Assembly: GCA_947311825.1 (NCBI GenBank)
Contig: CAMZLY010000083.1
Span: 1-44,285, forward strand
DNA from: an uncultured bacterium
GTDB taxonomy: Bacteria > Verrucomicrobiota > Kiritimatiellia > UBA8416 > CAMZLY01
Reading direction: 5' to 3'
Length of the DNA stretch: 44,285 nucleotides
The notes under the pieces are model-generated. The model worked only from the letters and a program-made list of their open reading frames with translations. It had not been told where the DNA came from and ran no database searches. The position numbers and the translations under genes are program-made. Shown piece by piece: positions 38,038 through 44,285 of the stretch; the first letter of the stretch is position 1; the number at the start of each line of letters is the position of its first letter.

Positions 38038-38097
38038 GTTTTTGCGGTTTTTGTGCGAAATACTGTTGACATGATGCCCGTTTTTGTGGTTTTATGG
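38038..38097. promoter_or_regulatory. Candidate DeoR operator direct repeats around a TTGACA box
   Basis: GTTTTTG(C/T)GGTTTT starting at 38038 and 38080 (42 bp apart) flanking TTGACA 38066-71 in the rhaA/deoR divergent spacer; no convincing -10. Confidence 0.4.
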
Positions 38098-38189
38098 TTA
38101 CTCGACGGAAAAAAGGGTTGCGATGGAGGCTTTGTTATAGTGTTGGACAGAAGGACTGATGATGGGGTGCTGAGACTTGAGGATGAATT

Positions 38190-38951
38190 ATGCTGGCAGT
38201 AGATAGACAACGGGAAATAGGGGTAAAGGTTGTGCGTGAGGGAAGTGTTCGCGTTGATAATCTTGCTGAGTTGTTTTCTGTTGCACGGGAGACTATACGG
38301 CGTGACTTGGCTAAGTTGGAAGAGGAGGGGCGTGTTAAACGTAGTCATGGTGGTGCGGTTCGTATTGCGAGTAGTGATTATGCTTCAACTTTTAGTGAGC
38401 GTCGAATAATTAATATTGAAGAAAAGCGTGCGATAGCATCTGAGGCAATTCGATTTGTGGAAGAGGGTGATTCTATTATTCTTGATGCGAGTACTACAAC
38501 TTGGCAGATGGCAAAGTTGTTGCCTGATATTCCTATGACAGTTTTGACTAACTCTATCAAAGTGATTGTTGAGCTTGTGCGTTGTAAGAATATTCATGTT
38601 ATTGGTACCGGTGGTGAGTTTTCAGGATCATATTTAGCTTTTGTGGGTAGTCGTGCGGAGCAGGCTATACTTGGTTATCATGTTAATAAAGTTTTTATGT
38701 CTTGTAGCGGTTGTGATCTTGAGTATAGTCTTAGCGATACCAATGAGTTGCAGGCTGAGCTTAAACGGAAAATGATACAGTCTGCCGATTCCAGTTATTT
38801 ATTGGTTGATCATAGTAAGATAGGAACAAGAAATTTGATAAATATAGCAAAGGTTGATGTTTTTGATTATATGGTTATTGATAAGAAATTATCAAAAAAA
38901 GATAGTGAACTTTTAAATAAGAAGAATGTGGAAGTTGTTGTTAGTGGTTAG
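38190..38951 (+). CDS. DeoR/GlpR-family transcriptional regulator
   Basis: HTH LAELFSVARETIRRDL, RSHGGA, LDASTT, LTNS, DHSK. Confidence 0.93.
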   Translation: MLAVDRQREIGVKVVREGSVRVDNLAELFSVARETIRRDLAKLEEEGRVKRSHGGAVRIASSDYASTFSERRIINIEEKRAIASEAIRFVEEGDSIILDASTTTWQMAKLLPDIPMTVLTNSIKVIVELVRCKNIHVIGTGGEFSGSYLAFVGSRAEQAILGYHVNKVFMSCSGCDLEYSLSDTNELQAELKRKMIQSADSSYLLVDHSKIGTRNLINIAKVDVFDYMVIDKKLSKKDSELLNKKNVEVVVSG

Positions 38952-39036
38952 TAATGGGATGAAATCCCGGGATTATAAAAATTTATAGTGGTGTGATATT
39001 TGCACTTGAAATAGTTAAAATAAAGGAAGAAAAGAA

Positions 39037-41325
39037 ATGCCGAATTACCTAAGTGATATGCGTCCTGATTTTAAGGCGCAAACAATAGATTGTGGAACGA
39101 TTAAGGCGTATAGTTATAGAAAAAACCTTAAATCTGAATTGAAAGCAAAAAGTATAATGGCTTCTGAATCTATTGCCGTTTTGGAAGATATGTTGACTAT
39201 CAGAGAGTTTGAACAGATGATTATTAAGCTTCGGTCGGGTGCATATCAGCCAATTTCAGATTTTGATTATCGCGGACCTACTCATGTTTCTATTGGTCAG
39301 GAAGCTGCGTCAGTTGGATGTTGTGTTGGTATTGATCCGCTTGATTATATTACATCAACTCACCGTGGACATGGTGATAGTATTGCCAAGGGATGTGTTG
39401 CAATCCGTGCTATGTCAATAGAGCAGTTGCGTGAACGTATTCCGAATAGTACGGCAACAACAAAAAAGGCATTACTTGATGAGGCATTGGAAGATCATGT
39501 TTATAAGACTATTGCCGAACTTTTTGGAAAAGAAGCCGGTTATTGCAAGGGACGTGGTGGCGGTATGCATATTGCCGATTTTACGGTTGGTCATCTTGGT
39601 GCTAATGCAATTGTAGGTGGCGGTGTTCCTATTGCTACCGGTGCGGCAACGGCATCTCGCTATTTTGATAATGATCGTGTCGTGTGTTGTATTGCTGGTG
39701 ATGGTGCTTATGCAAATGGCGTGGTTCTTGAATCTCTTAACTGGGCTGCTATGAAGCAGCATACAAATGAGCTTGCAAGAGATAAGGCGTTTGGTTTGCC
39801 GGTTATTTATGTTATTCAGAATAATCATTATGGCATGACTCATCGTACTGATAATGAGGTCATGGGCATTGAGTTTATGGCAAAACGTGCGGCGGGATTT
39901 GCTGATAACAATATGCATGCTGAAGTTGTAAACGGTATGGATGTGCTTGCTGTTCGCAATGCTATTCAACGTGCGGCAAAGATTTGCCGTAGTGGTAAAG
40001 GCCCTGCATTGCTTGAAATTAATACGTATCGTTATTATGGGCATTCGTTGAGTGACCCGCGCAATGAATATCGCACTAGAGAAGAGGAGGCTGCTTGGCG
40101 TGAGATCGATCCGATTGATACATTTTCGGCACAGCTTATAAAGAATGGTGTTCTTACCGAACGTAAGCTTGCGGCTCTTAAGAAACGTGTGATAGATCGC
40201 AATGCGATTGCAGCACAACGCGCAGCGGCATCGGCTGATCCTTTGCCGGAGGATGTACTAAAATATATGTATACTGATACAAAGGTTGATGAGGTTCCAG
40301 AGGAGTTCACAAAGTTTGAAGTTATCAATCCGTTGCCGGAAATCAAGCGTGTAAATGGTGAGCTTACATATAAAGATGCTATTAAAGAAGCTATTATGGA
40401 AGAGATGGATCGAGATTCACGGGTTATTCTTTTTGGTGAAGATGTTTCTGATTATGGTGGTGCATTTAAGGTGACTAAAGATTTGCTTGAAAGTTTTGGG
40501 CGATCTAGGGTTTTTAATTCGCCTATTTCCGAAGCATGTATTTGTGGGGTAGCCGTCGGGGCATCAATGACGGGGTTACGTCCTATTGCAGAATTAATGT
40601 ATATGGATTTTGCCTTGATGGCATCAGATCAGATTAGTAATCAGGCGGCTAAGTGGCATTATATGTCCGGATCGAAGGTTAAGGTTCCGGTTGTTTACCG
40701 TGCTTCTGTTGGCGGTGGTAAGGGTTATGGTGGACAACATTCGCAGTCGTTGGAAACAATGTTTGCACATATTCCGGGGTTATATGTAGCATACCCAGCA
40801 ACGCCGTATGATGCAAAAGGTATGTTGAAGGCGGCAATTCGCGATAATAATCCGATGATGTTTGTTGAATCACAGGTTCTCTATGGTATTAAGGGTGAAG
40901 TTCCAGAAGAAGAATACATTATTGAACTTGGTGTTGCTGATGTTAAGAAAGAGGGTAGTGATCTTACTATTGTAACTTGGGGACCGGCATTGCACGATGT
41001 GCTTAAGGTTGCTGATACGTTGGGTGAAGAGGGAACAAGTGTTGAGGTTGTTGATTTGCGCAGTTTGGTTCCTCTGGATATGGACACAGTTCTTGCATCT
41101 GTTCGTAAGACGGGGCGTTGTGTTGTTGTTAGCCAGTGTGTTGACATTGCCAGTTTTACCGGTGAGATTGCTTCACGTATTATGATAGATGCGTTTGATT
41201 ATCTTGATGCACCTGTAATGCGTGTTGGTGCCAAAGATGGTATTGCACCGCAGTCGCATATTCTTGAGCAGGCATTTATGCCGGATGCTGATGATATTAT
41301 GGATGCATGTAGGAATATTTTATAA
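39037..41325 (+). CDS. Fused E1 alpha/beta subunit of a 2-oxoacid/acetoin dehydrogenase-type complex
   Basis: THRGHG, GRGGGMH, TPP motif GDG...NN, YRYYGHS; beta part FGEDV, PISEA, GGQHSQ, VVDLRSL. Confidence 0.92.
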   Translation: MPNYLSDMRPDFKAQTIDCGTIKAYSYRKNLKSELKAKSIMASESIAVLEDMLTIREFEQMIIKLRSGAYQPISDFDYRGPTHVSIGQEAASVGCCVGIDPLDYITSTHRGHGDSIAKGCVAIRAMSIEQLRERIPNSTATTKKALLDEALEDHVYKTIAELFGKEAGYCKGRGGGMHIADFTVGHLGANAIVGGGVPIATGAATASRYFDNDRVVCCIAGDGAYANGVVLESLNWAAMKQHTNELARDKAFGLPVIYVIQNNHYGMTHRTDNEVMGIEFMAKRAAGFADNNMHAEVVNGMDVLAVRNAIQRAAKICRSGKGPALLEINTYRYYGHSLSDPRNEYRTREEEAAWREIDPIDTFSAQLIKNGVLTERKLAALKKRVIDRNAIAAQRAAASADPLPEDVLKYMYTDTKVDEVPEEFTKFEVINPLPEIKRVNGELTYKDAIKEAIMEEMDRDSRVILFGEDVSDYGGAFKVTKDLLESFGRSRVFNSPISEACICGVAVGASMTGLRPIAELMYMDFALMASDQISNQAAKWHYMSGSKVKVPVVYRASVGGGKGYGGQHSQSLETMFAHIPGLYVAYPATPYDAKGMLKAAIRDNNPMMFVESQVLYGIKGEVPEEEYIIELGVADVKKEGSDLTIVTWGPALHDVLKVADTLGEEGTSVEVVDLRSLVPLDMDTVLASVRKTGRCVVVSQCVDIASFTGEIASRIMIDAFDYLDAPVMRVGAKDGIAPQSHILEQAFMPDADDIMDACRNIL

Positions 41326-41336
41326 GGAGAATTATT

Positions 41337-42704
41337 ATGGCACAACCTGTGTTATTACCCAAATTGGGACAGACAGTGGAAGAAGCAAGTATTGTTAAGT
41401 GGCATGTGAGTGTCGGCGATACTGTTAAACAGGGAGATGTCCTGTTTGAAATTGAGACAGATAAGGCGGTATTGGAAGCTGAAAGCTTTTTTGATGGTAC
41501 TGTGTTAAAAATATTTGTTAAAGAAGGGGAGACAGTACCTGTTTCCACTGTAGTTGCTTACATTGGAGATAAGGGAGAGAAAGTTCCTGATAAACCGCCG
41601 ATGCCGGAAGTAGCAAAAAAGGCGGAATCTGCACCTGCACCGTCTAAGGCTAAACCTGTGGCGGAAGAGAAAAAAGCTGTTAAGCAAGTTTCAACGCCTG
41701 TGGTAGAGACTGTCGTTGCGGCACCTGCACCAGCTGCTGTACCTGTTGCTGCGACGGAGCAAAGGATATTTATTTCGCCGCGGGCACGTGCATTTGCTAA
41801 GGCAAAGTGTATTAGCTTTAAGGCCATAACCGGTTCCGGACCTAATGGGCGGATTACGGTTAAAGATGTTGAGTCTTATTTAGAAAATAGCGGATACAAC
41901 AATTTACGAATAAGTCCGGCAGCAAAACGACTGGCGGCGAAGCATAAAATTGATTTGTTGTCAGTTAGAGCAACTGGTTTGTCCGGGCGTATTATGGTTC
42001 ACGATGTAGAGCGTAGTGTAGAGGCTCAGCCGAAAGAAATGAGCAAGATGCGTAAGATTATTGCTAGCCGTCTAACCGAAAGTTTCCGGGATATACCTCA
42101 TTTTTATGTGACGGTCACTGTTGATATGACTGATTTGTTGATATATCGTCAGGAGTTGAAGGCTCAAGGGCAGGCGTTTAAAGTTACTGATTTTATTTTG
42201 GAGTCCACTGTATTATCGCTGGAAGAATTTAAGGCCATGAACAGCAGTACGGACGGGGTAAATGTAAGTTGGAACGAAAGTGTTAATCTCGGGTTGGCTA
42301 TTGGGCTTGATTCAGGGCTTGTTGTTGCGGCTATTCGTAATGCTCAGGATTTGACACTTAGAGAATTAAGCGAGCAAGTTGCGTCTATGGGGGCCAAAGC
42401 TAGAGGCGGCAAGCTTATGCCGGATGAAATGACAGGAAGTACTTTTACTGTTACCAATATGGGAATGTTGGGCGTAGAAAGTTTTGGTGCAATTATCAAT
42501 CCAGGCGAAGGCGGAATCCTTGCTGTTGCAAGTACGATACCGACACCGGTTGTTGTTGATGGTAAAGTTGTGGTTCGACAGATAATGAAAATCACATTGT
42601 CTGCAGATCATCGTATTGTTGATGGAACAACAGGTGCAGCTTTTGTTAATGCTATAAAGAATAAATTAGAGGATGTGGAGTTATGGAAACATTTAACGTC
42701 GTAG
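41337..42704 (+). CDS. Dihydrolipoamide acyltransferase (E2)
   Basis: Lipoyl domain EIETDKA, two subunit-binding domains (ISPRAR..., ISPAAK...), catalytic DHRIVDG. Confidence 0.93.
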   Translation: MAQPVLLPKLGQTVEEASIVKWHVSVGDTVKQGDVLFEIETDKAVLEAESFFDGTVLKIFVKEGETVPVSTVVAYIGDKGEKVPDKPPMPEVAKKAESAPAPSKAKPVAEEKKAVKQVSTPVVETVVAAPAPAAVPVAATEQRIFISPRARAFAKAKCISFKAITGSGPNGRITVKDVESYLENSGYNNLRISPAAKRLAAKHKIDLLSVRATGLSGRIMVHDVERSVEAQPKEMSKMRKIIASRLTESFRDIPHFYVTVTVDMTDLLIYRQELKAQGQAFKVTDFILESTVLSLEEFKAMNSSTDGVNVSWNESVNLGLAIGLDSGLVVAAIRNAQDLTLRELSEQVASMGAKARGGKLMPDEMTGSTFTVTNMGMLGVESFGAIINPGEGGILAVASTIPTPVVVDGKVVVRQIMKITLSADHRIVDGTTGAAFVNAIKNKLEDVELWKHLTS

Positions 42705-44083
42705 TTATAGGGAGTGGTCCGGGCGGGTATCCGGCAGCAATACGGGCAGCACAATTAGGTGCGTCAGTGGCGATTATAGAAAAAGAGCAAGCAGGAGGTA
42801 CTTGCTTGAACTGTGGATGTATTCCTACGAAGACATTAATTGCCAGTGGAGATTTATTTCACCGTATATCTAAGTCCGAAGAGTTAGGGATTACAGTTGG
42901 CTCAGTTGCTTATGAATATAAGAAGTTTGCTGCTCGTAAGGATGAAGTGATTAAAAAACTTCGTGGCGGTATTGAGGGATTGCTTAAAGCTAATGGTGTC
43001 ACTTTATTTCGCGGTACCGGTTCTTTTGTTTCTCGTAATCGCATTGCCATTACCGGAGCAGATGGCACGGTAGAGATAGGTGCAGAAAAAACCATTATTG
43101 CCACCGGTTCTGATTCAGTTATGCCTGGATTTATACCTAAATCAAAATCTATTTTGGATAGTCGAGCATTTCTTGAATTAAAGAAACTACCAAACTCGTT
43201 GTTGATTCTTGGCGGTGGTGTTATCGGGTGTGAATTTGCCTGCTTAGCTGCTCAATTAGGCGTTAAGGTTACTGTTGTTGAGATGCTTGATGATATTATG
43301 CCTATGCTGGATAAAGATGTTCGTCGCCAGGTTCGTAAGTCTATGGAGAAAGAGCTTGGTATAGAAGTTTTAACCGGAGCACCTTTAGAAAATATTACTG
43401 CAACAACAAGGGCGGTAAAAGGTAAGGTTGCCGATAAATCAGTTCAGGCTGATATGATGCTTGTGTCAATTGGTCGTCGCCCGGTAACTGATGGGCTTGC
43501 TGTTGAAAATGCAGGTGTTAAATTAAATGAGCGTGGTTTTATTTCGATTAAAGATGATTGCTCAACTTCTATGGCTACAGTCTATGCTGTTGGTGATGTT
43601 GTTGCGGGAACTACGCAATTGGCACATGCTGCTACAGCACAGGGAACTATAGCGGCGGAGAATGCCGTACAGAAAAATTCAAAGAAGGCGGAAGTGCTTG
43701 TTCCTGCGTGTATTTTTACTGCACCGGAGATTGGTGTTGTTGGATTATCAGAGACAGAAGCCAAAGAAACTGGGCGTGAGATTGCTGTTGGTAAGTTCGC
43801 TTTTGCGGCATTGGGTAAAGCGATGGCAATGGGTGAGACTATTGGGTTTGTTAAATGGATTGCCGATGCAGAAACTGATCAATTGCTTGGTGCACAGGCG
43901 ATAGGACCACATGCAACGGAGTTGATTGCAGAAGCTGGAGTTGCTATTCGTGCGGAATTAACAGTAACGGAAATTGGTAGTACTGTTCATTCGCATCCGA
44001 CTCTTTCAGAAGCCTGGATGGAAGCAGCTCATGTTTTGCACGGTAATTGTGTGCATACACCGCCATCGAGACGGGGAAGATAG
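42683..44083 (+). CDS. lpdA: Dihydrolipoamide dehydrogenase (E3)
   Basis: GSGPGGY, GGTCLNCGCIPTK, GGGVIGCE, HSHPTLSE. Confidence 0.95.
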   Translation: METFNVVVIGSGPGGYPAAIRAAQLGASVAIIEKEQAGGTCLNCGCIPTKTLIASGDLFHRISKSEELGITVGSVAYEYKKFAARKDEVIKKLRGGIEGLLKANGVTLFRGTGSFVSRNRIAITGADGTVEIGAEKTIIATGSDSVMPGFIPKSKSILDSRAFLELKKLPNSLLILGGGVIGCEFACLAAQLGVKVTVVEMLDDIMPMLDKDVRRQVRKSMEKELGIEVLTGAPLENITATTRAVKGKVADKSVQADMMLVSIGRRPVTDGLAVENAGVKLNERGFISIKDDCSTSMATVYAVGDVVAGTTQLAHAATAQGTIAAENAVQKNSKKAEVLVPACIFTAPEIGVVGLSETEAKETGREIAVGKFAFAALGKAMAMGETIGFVKWIADAETDQLLGAQAIGPHATELIAEAGVAIRAELTVTEIGSTVHSHPTLSEAWMEAAHVLHGNCVHTPPSRRGR

Positions 44084-44108
44084 TTGATAGTGAATAGTGA
44101 ATAGTGAA
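44081..44108 (+). repeat. Heptamer tandem repeat (TAGTGAA-type) x4 starting at the lpdA stop
   Basis: tagttga tagtgaa tagtgaa tagtgaa. Confidence 0.75.
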
Positions 44109-44176
44109 AAAGAAAATGAACGTTCAACTATGAATGAAACGGTAAATCGATGCAGGTGGGTTATTAAAAAATAAAA

Positions 44177-44285
44177 GAGGTGCTTGCAAAACTACTGTGC
44201 GAGGCAATTTTTTGTATTTTAGGCGAGCAGATTCTGCCTTTTGAGAAATTGGAGCATACCCGTAGGGTCTGTAAAATTGCGAAAA
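44177..44285. mobile_element. MITE-like fold-back element, copy 3 (truncated by window end)
   Basis: Left TIR and first 109 bp near-identical to copies 1 and 2, same orientation. Confidence 0.85.

Noticed and set aside
923-43904. Remaining short ORFs nested in or antisense to the called genes
   Set aside because: Shadow ORFs with no recognisable motifs, overlapping well-supported genes.

Overview
Chromosomal window from a low-GC, probably anaerobic bacterium; a PVC-group origin (Kiritimatiellae/Lentisphaerae-like) is only an impression. (1) 1-8130: defence locus in which five tightly coupled cargo genes sit between hsdS (3' end only) and hsdR of a Type I R-M operon. They are a Septu(PtuAB)-like ATPase + degenerate HNH pair and a triad I cannot assign to a named system (Dam-like MTase + ParB-domain protein + putative PD-(D/E)xK nuclease). 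(2) 8.1-18.3 kb: bioD, a Cache/PAS hybrid kinase, rlmN, fba and PFOR. (3) 18.4-22.9 kb: an apparently complete sigma54 module, with an enhancer-binding protein carrying an unrecognised N-terminal domain, an inverted-repeat UAS candidate, an IHF site and a consensus -24/-12 promoter driving a secreted VIT-vWA protein with a GlyGly-CTERM-like tail and an adjacent rhombosortase. (4) 23-34 kb: nfnAB, ACT + DUF711, an unknown secreted repeat/Zn-ribbon protein, cvfB-like, TPR protein, PAS kinase. (5) 34-44 kb: rhaADB, divergent DeoR regulator, fused E1/E2/E3 dehydrogenase complex. Non-coding features include three copies of a ~166-bp fully fold-back MITE-like element, an abrupt strand-skew reversal at its first copy, and several unrelated families of short repeats near gene 3' ends. 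All calls come from motif reading by eye; no searches were run.
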